Below, in pieces: positions 21,453-35,089 of a stretch of DNA of 64,000 bases (position 1 is the first letter of the stretch; every line of letters begins with the position of its first letter). The stretch comes from Botryllus schlosseri (Eukaryota). The notes under the pieces were generated by a model. The model ran no database searches. It worked only from the letters and a program-made list of their open reading frames with translations, and was not told the DNA's origin. The DNA lies in NCBI GenBank assembly GCA_051294905.1, contig CM119372.1, forward strand, positions 32,366,001 to 32,430,000, read 5' to 3'. The position numbers were made by a program, and so were the translations under genes.

Positions 21453-24400
21453 GTTAGCTATAGTTGTACACGACGTCGCAGAAATGTCATTTGCACTCAC
21501 GTGATGTAGCTTATGTACTACATGTTTGGCTTGCTGTGATACGTCATATTAAAGTTTCAGGGAAAGGAGCATCAAAATCATAATTCTTTATGATGATGAT
21601 AATATCGCTTCATTGAACGGACTGCATTATTTCGGAACACGCCTCTGACTATTTCCTCGAATCATTACAACTACTACTCGTGTAGGATTCCAGTACTGAT
21701 CCCAACATACATGAATTATAAAAAAAGAACCAGACATGCACCCTCGTTTATTTCAGCACGCATGATCATTATATGAATGTTTTGGCCATGTTTTGCCTCA
21801 CTCCAATACTTGGTGACTGAATCAATATTGTTGAAGGTTCTAAATTTGACAACGCATTCATGTTCTAATCATTGTGAGATTGAAAATATGGAAATTGTGA
21901 AAAGATTTCGGATCATGAACACGTACTAACCGCTGATACTTTACCAAGCATTGTGACATTCGGCATATTTCATTACGTGAAGGTTGCTGTGCCTTTCATA
22001 ATGTTAGTCAAATACTATAAAATAATTGAAAACACATAAACATCAAAATCCCTACCTGAAATATTTAAATGTACATAGAAAATTAATTCTATAGTTGTAG
22101 ATATAAACAATGTTATATAAAACCTCGACATTTCTATTGTCTATGTAATTTTACTGTACACTGTGTGATATAAAAATATATAATTTCAGATCACCGAACA
22201 AATATCGATGTTTGTTGCCAAGGCGATAGTGAGCTATGGCTTATCTGGAATCCTCGTTGTGATCCGGTCGACATTAGTTGTGATTTGAAAATTCTTGGAT
22301 AAAAATGGGACATTAGCGATGATACAAAGTTGGCATCTAATTAACATATACTATGTTCATTGGTATGTCATGGCGATACACTATCGATGCTAAATATTAC
22401 CAGCCACGCCGACAGAGGATATTGAAGGGGACATCTCGATCAGGAAATCCTGGAGATAAAGCACGGATTTTAATCCAGGTTATTGAAAAGACGTATAGGC
22501 TATAGCAGTGGTCGGGAACCTATGGCTAGCGAGTCATATCTGGCTCATTTGGGAATAAGATATGGCTCTTTGACAATCAATATCGCAGCAACTTATTAGT
22601 AAATTTTCATAACGGCCAGAAGAAGTATTCTCGTGGCAGCATAAACATGTCTTGGAGAGGTCAAGAGATTGGCGTATCCAGGGCTAGGGGTTCGGAACCC
22701 CGTTTTCAAAATCCCTAAATTCAAGCTGGTGTCGCGCCGGTGACCAATATCATTCTCAAATTCGATGTACTCGACATCGCGGGCCTCAAAATCTTAGATT
22801 GCACGATAGGTTGATTGATCAAAGAGAACCGCAGATATGGTGCCACCGGTATGACTATATGCAATTCTCAAATGCGCATTGTCTTCCTGATCTGCGGCGA
22901 GAAATGAACTGTCTGAACTGTCACAATCACACATTCAAATTAGAAACAACGCCATCCAAGTTCTTGATTGGTGAGTAGAAGTTTCGTACCGGCGTCGAAA
23001 TATCGGCGTGTAACGCAACGTTATGTCACCGCCGAATAATTTAAGAATTGTGACATCAATCAATATTTAGATTTTCGGAATCAGTGAGAAAATTAGCCTA
23101 CATTCGATTATTATTATCAGTTGCTCTAAATTCTAAGCTATTTACGATGAATTGCGCTATCACGGGTAAAGTTTGGTCTGTCTGTGCCTCACCTGCGCCA
23201 TATTATCGAATATTAAATATGAAATTGCGTGATTTTGAGGGTAACAATGTTGAAAATCTAGTCATTCATAAACATCGATAAAAAATATCAATACCAATTC
23301 AAGGTTTCGCAATTTTCTTCTCTCATCCTGGCCACTTATGAGTCACTGACGTATCACACCTTGCAGTGGGTATGTACTGCTGGACTGGTGCAGTAATACC
23401 ATGTAACATCAAAAGACGCATTTTTACTGTAAAAGCGTGTAAATAGTGTAGATTCACACTTTGGTCTGTCCACATCCGATGGAAACCTGAATGCTAATTG
23501 TCCTAAACTTCGAAAAATATCGAATATCTCTCATTGAAATAGAATTAAAAAGATGTATCTTGCAAAAGATCCATGTACGTACAATGCACTGTACAATACA
23601 TGTAAATGTTTCGCATGCTCAACTATAGGCTACCATCTACATGATTATTACGAGTTTTTACAAGCGAAATGTTGCGCACACAACGAATCAAATGAAGTAA
23701 CTTCGTATTAGCGCTTCCATGACGCAATAAATTTTCAGTTGTGACGGAACAGTTGATTGACATGTACGGCTCTTTAGGAGTTAAAACAGAATCTATATGG
23801 CTCTTCGGACGGGTTACCATATTCTTGTGGCACAATTTCCGGACGGTCTTTAACGCCCACTAGAGGATTTCAAAATGAGGTACAAGCACATTGTCGATCA
23901 ATATGACGTCACACCAGCAAAACTTTGTCTATCGGCTAGAGGTGGTAACGATCCGGTTCAGAAGTATGTGGTTGTGTGTTGTAGGTTGTAACCAGGGCCG
24001 AAGCCACATTTTTTTCAGCCCCCTCCACCCAAATAAACACTGATCTTGGGCCCACCTTAGGGTAACCGATGCAACTTTTGGGGGCTTACTAAATGCATGT
24101 GGTCGTTAAATAATTTGAATGAATTATGTCGATAATATTGGCTTTTTCATATACTACTATATAGTTTAGATCCTCTCTCCTCTCCGCCCACATGATCAGA
24201 GTTAGCGGTGGAGATGGTGAAGGATGATGACTTCGGAAATGTAAGGAGCCTAATTGTACATCGCTAAGTCATGTTTATGTCACACCGATAAAATCATTTA
24301 TCAGCCGGTGCGCACTGTACCACTGAGCTATATAAATACCGCACATCTGGTGGCTTCCAACATTTTATGGTCGCGACTCCATTTTCAATTTGAAAATGTC

Positions 24401-25435
24401 CCGTGGCCCAGCTCAAAATTTGATGAGCTGATTACTATATAAAGGTCGGCACATTTCTTTGCACTTACTCACGGCCTATTTTAGAAGCTGATTATGCTCA
24501 ACATATTCGCGAACCCCAGAATCAAGGGAAACCACCCCAAGTTTAGAACCACTATATTCGAATAAAGCATCCAAACGGCCTAAACCGACTCTATGAATAT
24601 ACCATTATCTTGAAATTGCGATTACACTTAGCCTTGTCTTTGTATATGCTATTTTTAAATATTTTTGATCGCAGTTTTTGCTAGGGTCCCCATCCCCATA
24701 TTAGAATCAATATATATGATACTAAATAGTGCGCAGCGCGAAGAAAATTTTCATGTAGCATAAATCTGCACATGAATAATATTGTGTATGTTGATTTACG
24801 AAAAAATTATGAGCTTACTTCAAGCCTTCAAAATTCCGGACATTTAGGCATATTTTACAAATTCCTTCGGACGCAGTTTTAACAGTGAAATTCCGGACGA
24901 ATGGCAACCCTAGATTAATCGGTAAAGCTGATCGATGGTTTTAATATTCACTTCGTGGCGCATTATTATTTCTTGACTTACCATTAAGATTGTCGATATA
25001 GTTCCAATATATCATAATTCGGCGAAACGTACCAGGAAAACCTTTATTCGTGAGACGCATTTACCAGTTTGGCCATAGCGAGTTAAACTCTTCTAACAAG
25101 CGTACATTCTCACAGTCACAGCTAACCTGACCAATACTTCTATCGCGAGGCGCAGTATATATCAGGGCAATAATGTGCTGCGTTATCGACACCATTCGTC
25201 TCGAAATGACATGAAAATAAATTCTTGTACGAAGGTGAAATATTGATCTCGAACGCTAATCATTCGCTCTGGCAATGGAATGTGATTTGAATCCATATTT
25301 AAAATCATAAGGATATAACGTACAAATAAAAGTCCATAATGTTACCAATCCCTTGTAATGGACAAAAAGTGTCCTCATGTGGCCGCAAACACATTGATTC
25401 AACGTAAATTGAGACTTGCAGCATTGAGTAATTAC

Positions 25436-25877
25436 TAGGGCAAGTTTTTGTTGCAGTTAAATCCGTGGAAAGTTGCATTTATTTTTGAAAAAAGTTGCAG
25501 AAGTTGCATTTTGACCACAGTTTGCTCGGTTGACTAAAAAAGGTCAACTTCCCAGATTGACTAACAAAAGAAAAGGTCAATTTTCCGGCTCAGCTCCCGA
25601 AATACCCGTAAAAGCGTTACTTCGGCGCTGATTTACGGTGTTTCAGTCGAATTTGGCCGTGTATTTCACCAAAATCGAAAATACTTTCATGAAAAATTGA
25701 GAAAGTTGCGAAATGTTGCAAAAAGTTGCATGAAAAAAAATGGACAAAAGTTGCAAAAAGTTGCACTGTAAGATTCCTTCAAACAGCTTAAAACAGCATT
25801 CTACATATCTTACGAGTATTTAGGAAGCTGCCGGAAGCTGTAAAAATAAGTTGCAAAAGTTGCAAAAACTTGCCCTA
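25436..25877. mobile_element. hAT-type MITE with TAGGGCAAGTTTTTG TIRs
   Basis: TIRs plus TSD GTAATTAC/GTAATGAC; AAGTTGCA subterminal repeats. Confidence 0.8.
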
Positions 25878-26668
25878 GTAATGACCATGACGAAGCCAAA
25901 AAGGGCTTCATGGTACAAGCCGTCGATCCGAAATGAAATATATTTAATCCGGTAATATTTTCAAGCTACTGTCGCTTCTATTCGTACAATGTCGATATCA
26001 TAGATCAGTGGTTCCCAAAGTGGGCGCGAGCGCCCCCCTGGGGGCGTTCGCAAGCGTGAAGGGCGCGCTGGCCATGAAATGGGCGATTGGGGGGCGCTGG
26101 CTATAAAAGTGGGCGGTAGGGGGGGGCGCTAAGAGCAAATGAGGGCGCTGTAGGTTTAGAAGGTAACTGCTGCGTATGGTGTTGATTCGATTGATTAATA
26201 AAGCAGTCAAATTCGCAGTAAATGCAGAATCGATTCAGTAAGGGCAATTTAGGGTCGTCCATCTATCTATTCATCTGTGCCGGAAAAGTCAATTGTTACT
26301 TAACAATGTTTATCCTGCTAATCAATGAACTAATTTAGCAGTCGGCATTGTCCTTGAAAAGCGTGGTTCAAGTTATACCGTGAAAACTGCGAAATATCTG
26401 AGAAGGTATTGCCCGGTGGAAGGTGTGATGGCTTTTTAATATAAATTTTCTTGCATTATTTTTTCTCTGTTTCAAACTATCGTGAATTTTACACAGTTCT
26501 GTGACCGTGGCCTTCAACACGGCGTTCCGGTTGCGTGAAACGATATCGCTCCTATTTGACGGGCATATGTTCCAAAATTCATGACTAGAATATATAATAT
26601 ATCCGTATACTTAGTCATGGTGAAACCTGATAACGGTGAAAATGAATCTGTTCGGATTCAGTGATAAC

Positions 26669-27914
26669 CAGGCCTGTTTATTTTTGGATTTCTCCAAAAA
26701 TAACAAAAATAACTTATTTTTGGATGTTTTCAAATTTTATTTTTGGAGGATCTCCAAAAATAAGAATTGAAGGTGTTTTGAGCCCTATTACTACTGAAAA
26801 AATCCACCAAAAGTATGTTATTATCATGTATTCAAGTCCTCCAACACATAGATATCATCAGTGATCTTGATCTAACTTTCCAATACATTCTTCACAAATT
26901 TTGTATTTGGCCTGGAGGATGCCTTTAAAAGAATATTAATCACTGCGAGACGCCGCCCCCCCCCCCTTCTTGATTTTCGAGATATCGGCCTTGAACGTCG
27001 CAATTGTGGGAAACATCGAGGTTAGGGGTCCAAAAATGGAGGAATGTCAAACTCTTCAAACTTTCCAATCTTCCAAGCCTTTGCTCCTGAAAAGCGCTCG
27101 TCAGTAATGCGCTTGAAACCTCATCCCATGCGTGCCTCATTGAACTTGACAGCCCAACACCCTCTGACCTTCCTTGTGGCGGTCCTCGTCCCAGTCCTCA
27201 CCTGGACACAGGCGTTCGACCAGGCGCATGAGCTCCTGCTGCTCCATGATCAGAACGTCAAGACCATGAAGCTTCGTGACGGTGGTGCTCAGCTATGTGC
27301 GAGCGTGACCATGCGATCGAGAACGATCAGATGGACCACAGCAGCGAAGTTGCACACGCCGGACTGTTTTCGTTCATAACATCAAGGAGTTTGGTACGGT
27401 TTCCAGTCAACCAAGAGGCCACCCTCTTCATTGACAATAAACGAGCGTCAACAAACTTGGGGCGCACGCTTTCCATCTACTCTGGATCAAGTTGTGTTGC
27501 CGTCTGAAGCATCAGCAGATGAGTCCCGTCATCGTGTGGACGTAGTGATTGTGACAGAGGTGGCTGTATATGATTTCGCCGTTCCCTTTGTCTCACTCAA
27601 GCTGCCTTCCCGTCTTCTCGACATGTCGCACTGTGAAACTTATAGGAGTACAAAGGCGGAGGGGCGGGCAGGCAAGGTCAGCAGAAACGTGAAGTGGATT
27701 GAGTGGAAGTGGTTTTAGCGTTTCGGTGACCCCTTCCCTCACATAGATGCTGTTTTGTGTGTTTTTGTGAGTTTTCTGGTCGTTTACATCGCTCTGACTT
27801 GTTTATTTCACTGAAAAACATCATCCAAAAAAATCTTATTTTTGTATGTTTTCAAATCTTATTTTTGGAGAATCTCCAAAAATAAAATCCAATATCCAAA
27901 AATAAACAGGCCTG
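26669..27914. mobile_element. Non-autonomous hAT-type element with a GC-rich decayed coding remnant
   Basis: TIR CAGGCCTGTTTATTTTTGGAT; perfect 8-bp TSD GTGATAAC; ~27030-27630 looks like degraded minus-strand coding sequence. Confidence 0.8.
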
Positions 27915-29890
27915 GTGATAACTGATAAGCCCGTGATATTTCACCGAAATTCAGCGACACGTGAACTATCCTAATTTTCAAGCTTGCACGAGCTACTGGT
28001 CCAGCTCGAATACCCGATTTTGATGGAGAAATATAAATCCATCATGGCACAAAATTTACACGAGGATATAGTGATTTGATTTCAGGATATATTCCAGTTA
28101 GAAATTCCTTACCGGAAAATCATCCATTCTGTGAAATTTCCGGCATGAGATTATTGAGGAGTTGATTACATTGTAGTGAAGAACAATTTTGAGTTCATCC
28201 CAAAGTTCAATATCTCCAAGCTATCGTTCTGGATGCACAATTGAATCAAATGAAAATACTCTCACAGGAGTCGGGTTGACTGTTTTGTCGTTACACCATT
28301 ACCCCGCTCATACATGATAGAACGTGTTATCCGTGCCGTGACACAGTTCCTAACTCACTGCAAAAACAGACCTGACAATAGGCCTACATGAAATGGACAC
28401 TGGAGATTTTAGAATGAGATTGTTCCTATGAAAACTCAAATCCAATATGACAATGATGATGATAATAATAATAGACCAGCTTCATCCGTCTCATTATTAG
28501 CTGTAATAAATGCAGAACAACTTTCGTTCTAGGATTTAGGCGTGGTGAGGGAGGTGTCGAGGGGCTCTGGCACTCAATTCGATGTCTAGGGGAGCGGTAG
28601 CTCAAAAGAGTTCGGGAGACACTGTCCCAGATAATGCATTAGTACCCCTACCCCAACCACTGTATGCTGAAATAATTACATTAGAACAGAGGGGTGGGCC
28701 ATAATTTTTCTCCGCTGGTCAATTGAGAAGCAGTAAATTTATTGTTGGACCTAGTGAAAAACATTAAATATGTTCTGTGGCGTATGAATTTTATTTTTAA
28801 GTGCATGAGTTCGTCATACTGATCCTCTACACACTGATAAGATTCGCTGATATGACGTGACGAAAGTTAAATTACCAATTACAACTGTTTGTTTTTGTCA
28901 TTTTTATTCAATATATAATTTACAAGATGTGCGAGGAGAAACAATCGTCACAAAAGTCGGTATCATGCGGACGGTTCATCTGTTCAGAATGTGATTTGGA
29001 GAGTGAAAAAACTGCGGTAAACAGCACACGTATACGGCTTGATTTGAACCTAATTTTACAAGCAAGAATCTTTCACGGATTTAACAGATTGAAAGTATAA
29101 ACAAATTGAATTTCTTTTGAATTGGAGACACTTAAGTATCGCGGCATTCAATGGCTTCGATCTACACGTAATATCGATATAGTTTCGTAAGACGGAATAT
29201 TTATAATTTCAGTGGTAACTTTCTCGGCATACAAATGCTGCAGATGTATTTGATATTTCGACGCAAGGACATCATTTTGAATGGTCTTTGAAAATTAAAG
29301 GCGATCGCAACCTCGGGAATTTAGCATCGGAATAGCATCGCACTTTTACCTTTGAAATGATCAATGCTATCGGTAGAAAATGCGGACTGAAACCAGTGTT
29401 GGGATGACTCGAGTCATGACTTGACTCGAGTCAGACTCGAGTCACCTTTTTATTATGACTTGACTTGACTTGACTCGAGTCGCTTTGCTAAATCGATTTG
29501 ACTTGACTTGACTCGGCGTATCAGAAATGTGGATTGACTCGTGACTCGGAGCAAAATTTACGAGTTAATTTCAAGTCATCAAGTAATCGGTGTCGATAAA
29601 AATCACTGTATCTTGCATATGTTCGGATTGTCCGCGAAACGCTGGTGTAACCCGTGAAAGCGACCAATCATTCAATGATCGAGCGTTTCACTGAGCCTCG
29701 ATTGTTCTCTCATAAAAAAATTGACCGCAAACGAAGTGATCGAAGCTTACAGTAGTAAAGTAATAAAATAGCAAATATTACATTTCTGTTCTCTGTTCTT
29801 TTACCTTTACCAAACCTGTTGTTTTATTTAAATCGAATTCGAATATAGTATATATTGTCCTCAACCGTTAGCGCATGCTCGAATTGTATC

Positions 29891-31637
29891 CAGAGGTGGT
29901 CAGTAACGAAGTACTTCTACTTTTTGGAAGTACTCAAGTAGTTTTCCTCTACTTCTGGTACTTACTCAGGTAGATCTGATTTTCTTCACTTCTACTTCTA
30001 CTTCCTAATATATTGTGAACTACTTACTTACTTTTCGCTATTTTGAGTTTGTCAAGTAGAAGAAGTTTAATCCCCCAATACGAAAGATAGCCTGAGGAAT
30101 TTCGGGGCTGTTTTCAAGATATACCAACATTTAATATTCATAAAAGTCAAATAGAGCCCATACATTTTGTTGCGCTTCGTGACTAGTAGCAGGGTTGTAA
30201 TGACTCGAGTCACGATTTTTTGGTGACTCGACTTGACTCGTGTCATTTTCTCAAATACGGAAATGACTCGACTCGACTCTAGTCAATCTGTTTATTGACT
30301 CGACTTGGACTCGAGTCATTGATCATGACTCGAAGCAAGTCATATGACTCGAGACTCAGACGGCCAAGACCGACATTTCACTGTAATTTCGAAGAATAGT
30401 AAAGTAACCACGCTATCGGGATTTCGTCTTGGGTACTAGTACTTCAAATTGTGAGCAGAAACTGCTAAAAGTGAGGAAAATCAAAGCGAATTATTCAATA
30501 TCACCAAACAGAGTAACAAAAAGTGGGTTTAGCAAGACTTTAACTGGAAACTGAAGAGTCAACATAATGACTTGGACTTGGACTCGGACTTGACTCGGTG
30601 GTGAATTGAAAATGACTCGACTTGACTCGAGTCAAAACTGTAGAAGTTAAATTGACTTGTGACTCGGAACTCCGTGACCTGGTTACAACCCTGTACGGTG
30701 CAGAGTAGTGATGGAGTGACAAATATGTTTTCACGAAAGTATCAGTAAATATATAATTTAGGTACCGGATTGCTTGGTTCCTCTCACACCGCATTGTCGC
30801 CCGTATCAAATATTTCATCACAGTAAATATGGCCCACCATAACGTTTGAAACTACCGTTTCGCAATCTAGCAATTACCTGTCATATCGCAATCTAATCCA
30901 TCGCGTGTCTTGCTAATCTGGAAAAAATTGAAGCTTTATGGACCAAAGACATGACATATATATTTTCCGGTTTTTAGAAGTGGTATTTGTATTTCACTTT
31001 CAATTGCGAGTATCATACTTTGAGGTCTAATTACTTTTAGTTCTTTTGTCTGCAGAGCATACATGTTGAAGCATAAAAGCAAGGGTAGTAATGCCTCTAT
31101 TTTCCGAAAATAAAGCTACACTGAATATCACTTTTACGAACCACTATATTTGTCATTAACGTATACTAATCGCGCAAAGTGGTGAAACCGTATCCGATAC
31201 AAGTATTGCTCTTCGCCTAAACTTGGGGCCTTATAATATGGGGGTATGGCGCCATGCCGTGATATTCTCTAAAAACGGGGTCTTCTAGTAAACAAAGGGT
31301 TAGGATCGCATTTTCATATCAAAACTATAATTTGCATCTCATGATGCGAAACAATGCTTAGTCTGTCGAAAATTGATATCTCCTAGGATGCATCCGTACG
31401 AATCACCTGCCGCATAGCTCACTTCGCAACTTTTGACAGTCCATGTGAGCGAATTAGGACTGTTTTCAAAACTACTTACTTACTTGAGTAGATTTGAAGT
31501 CAGTCAATTCTACTTCTACTTCAAGTAGTTTTAGGTGGCTTATTGAAGAAGTACTTCTACTCGTACTTGAGTAGATTTTTTCGTCGCTACTTCTACTTCT
31601 ACTTGAGTAGCGTTCTTGACTACTTTGACCACCTCTG
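29891..31637. mobile_element. Nested hAT-type element (TACTT arrays), itself containing a CAGGGTTGTAA MITE at 30190-30693
   Basis: TIR CAGAGGTGGTCA / TGACCACCTCTG; perfect TSD ATTGTATC; partial copy at ~13998-14500. Confidence 0.85.
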
Positions 31638-31771
31638 ATTGTATCATATCTATTTGTAAATGGGTAAAGTATTGTATCTCATCAATTCGTTTCTCTATTC
31701 TCTATTTTGGCTGGTAACTATAAACTGAGGCTATGCAATTACTTACGTACTTTATTAGTTCTACGTATATG

Positions 31772-33441
31772 CAGTGGCGTAGCAGCCACTTGGCGGTTCT
31801 GGCTCTGCGCCAGGGGCGGCAGGCTCCAAGGGGGCGGCAAAATGTGGCTGCACAGTGTGTGTGAGAGAGAGAGAGAGAAATAGTTATGGTATTTTTTTTC
31901 ACCTGCACCATCGAGATGCTTTGACGACGGAGGTGCGGTACGGACTTTTTTTTAATAATAATGTCATCTAGTCTGCACCCCTGTTTTTCCCTCAGTGATT
32001 GCTGAACGCCTAGCGGGATAACCGCGGATACCAGTTATCGAGTCTTTGGTCTGGTCCGGCCGGGGATCGAACCCACGACCTACCGATCGAGAAGCCGGAC
32101 GCATCACCATTATACACTATCTCGCTCGGCACACGGCTAAAAGAAGCGGTAATTGGTAGTCCTATAGCTGGCGTCCCGTGAGCTAAAATTTGAACAAGCA
32201 GGTATCAATCGAAAGCTAGCGTCGCACTGATTCCGAAAACACGAATTGATATGTTAACATGGCGATGGAACCACTCCGAAACAGCCGTCAATGCCGATTG
32301 TTCGGAGAGTTCGCAGAAAAAAGAAGAATGCCAGGCGAACAATCAGAAGATGATGCTAGCCTCAGTGTTGTTGAAGAAGTTAGGCGATGCATGTTTCAAG
32401 CTTTGGACAGATTTAAACTTGAAGCTGAAACTAGGTTTACTGGCATACACCACTTAAATGATATGTTTGGATTTTTGAATTCCCACGCGCTGCTTCAAAG
32501 CGAAAGTCACAATTTATTCACCAGCTAGGCTCCTCCTCGCCACCTCATCCGCGTCAGCGGTGTCTTACAAAAGCCTAGAGGTGGGCCGTGCTATAAGTCG
32601 GCAGTTACGGAAAATAAGAAGAATATCGGCCTGGTGTAAATGACCATAGTAGTCGACAAACACCATGAATACCCCAAAACAAACAAACAAACCAGCGCTT
32701 TTAGAATCACTTATGACAATGAGGTGGACTTTTTGGAGTTAGCTGCGATAACTGTCATGCGTTATACCTCCGAATCATATAAATCAGAAGATTGGTAGCT
32801 TTTTGTACAAACCAATATGAGGCCTTTAGAACGGACACAAATTAAGATATGATCATATGAAGTTGTTCCATTTGAGATTTTAAAAGGGTTAAGAGGCTGG
32901 TGCGGAGCAGTGAAACCACGTTTGATCGTATTGCAAAAGCGTTTGATGATTTACAGTGGTTCGTTAATGCAAAGCTACTTGATTCGACACCATATTTATG
33001 CTTGTTTCTGAAACTTTATCTGACCATTGGTGTGTCAATTGCGAGCTGTGTGAGGCGAGCTTCTCGAAGCTCAAACTTATTAAGTTTTATTTACGTTCTA
33101 CCATGTATGATGATCGGTTATCAGCTCTATCCATTCTGCCTATAAAAAGAGACTACGTTCAAAAACTTGAATTTGAGGATGTTATCACTGATTTTGCTGT
33201 GAGGCGGCTATTGACTTTCTATTTGCACGTTACAATCGTTCGCTATTTCTTATCTTTATTACTTTTGACCTCATTAACGTTGAGATGGTGAGGCTGAGGC
33301 GCGACATATTGTTTGTAATTATTTTTATTGACAAGGTTGCTTGAACATGAATCTATGTCGAAATTTTCAGCGGTCTACTTAAGGGAGGGGCGGCATTTTA
33401 GGCGAGAGCCAGGGGCGGCAGCACATGCTGCTACGCCAGTG
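31772..33441 (+). mobile_element. Deleted hAT transposon with a C-terminal dimerisation-domain relic
   Basis: TIR CAGTGGCGTAGCAGC; perfect TSD CGTATATG; frameshifted YLTIGVSIASC / EASFSKLKLIKFYLRSTMYDDRLSALSIL (~32990-33200). Confidence 0.85.
31953..32130 (-). mobile_element. tRNA-derived SINE
   Basis: Minus strand: A box TAGTGTATAATGG, B box GGTTCGATCCC, (ATT)n tail. Confidence 0.75.
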
Positions 33442-35089
33442 CGTATATGTGAGCGATACAGCGCCTTCTTGCTTGTATATTATACAAAACACAGAAGAGA
33501 ATTCGATTTTTGCAGAGACTTCGCTATATATGGGCATTTACAAGCGAAAGGACAAGAAGAATACGATTTTCGCTGTGATTTCGGTATATATAGATTGCTG
33601 TGCGTCTATAAATGGTAAAGAATTGTTATTGAACAGAATTTTAGGTGGGGCAATGCCCCAGTTGCATTATAGGACGAGCCGCCACTGATTATACTCTATA
33701 TTCGTTCATCGGTTTGGAATCAATGACCACTCAATCTGTATTTCAGACATCTGGAAAATTGCAATGACGTAATCATGCCCCATACTTCGAAAAAGCAACT
33801 TGACTTGAAATGTGACTTGACTCGTGACTTGACTTGACTTGACTCGACGTGACTCGAGTCACTTCCAAAAATCGAGTAACTTGACTTGAGTCGAGTCAAA
33901 ATGTGCAATAACTCGAAATGACTCGCGACTCGAAGGTAGTAACTTGATCCCAACACTGACTGAAAGACTAAGCTTGCATTCTGTCTTTTCTCTTCCTATG
34001 AAAAAGTTGCCATTACCGAATTAATATTTTAATAGAGATAGAGCACAATACTATCATCAATACTATACGATATCTATTTTCACGCACTTGGATAATGAGG
34101 AATAGAAAACGACGCAGATGGCTTGCAGTCTTTAATATTCCAGCGAAATCGACATTGGAAAATGTAATATTAACGAATAATTATTTGATAGAAATACCGA
34201 AACTGAGTACTCTGTATGATGATACCATCCAAATGTAACATACGAAATCTCATTGCTCATGCCCTTATGGAACACTGTGAAAATCAACACAGAATAACAC
34301 CAGTTTGTACAAAAATATGTAATGCCGTGTAGATAGATACCAGATCAACACATGCCTATATACATAGGTACTCAAATTCGACGGTGAAATTACCACTCAA
34401 ATCATTGAAGGCCATGTTTTACATTTGACACAGTCTTAGGGACCTCTATGACGTCATACCGTGTCATATTCCATGACCGATCAAGGTATGCAACGTCGGC
34501 AAAATCAATACAAGCAAACACTGACTGCTATGCCATATATGACGGATCGGCACATACTCCTATTAGGAAACAGAATTACTGACCTAATAATCGAGTGCAA
34601 ACCTTGAAACTTGTTATATTCTTGATCTTGTTTGAACAATAACTCATACGACGAGGTTGTAATATGAAATCAGTATATTATACAGCAGAATAACTTAACA
34701 CAGGCGACAAGATCCAGAGTGCAGTTAAACGAAAGACCAGGAGACAACAAAATACAGGGTATAGGCTACATACAAAGCACGACACACGAGGAAATAATGA
34801 TTGGCGGTAATTACTAATCCTAGACAAATAAGAAACAAACGATACCAACGTAAAATGCATGAACATAACAGTCCTCCCCTGTAAGTTAAGAGTACAAGGT
34901 AGTTTACGTTGGCCGATAGAATTCAGTTTGTTTTCTCATTCTAAGCGGATAACGTCTGCCCGACGTTCGAGCAGGACTAGCTGCAAGACGTTGTGCCCTA
35001 TTCCTGAACAATGGTTGCTCAACTTGTGGTTGCTGAGGTTGAACAGCTTCCTGTGTGGCTGTATTATTGCCAGCTGAAATCAAGCGTGG

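Larger units (their letters stand above)
29394..33958. mobile_element. hAT-type element (GACTCGAGTC subterminal arrays) hosting nested insertions
   Basis: TIR CAGTGTTGGGAT / ATCCCAACACTG; TSD ACTGAAAC/ACTGAAAG. Confidence 0.75.
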
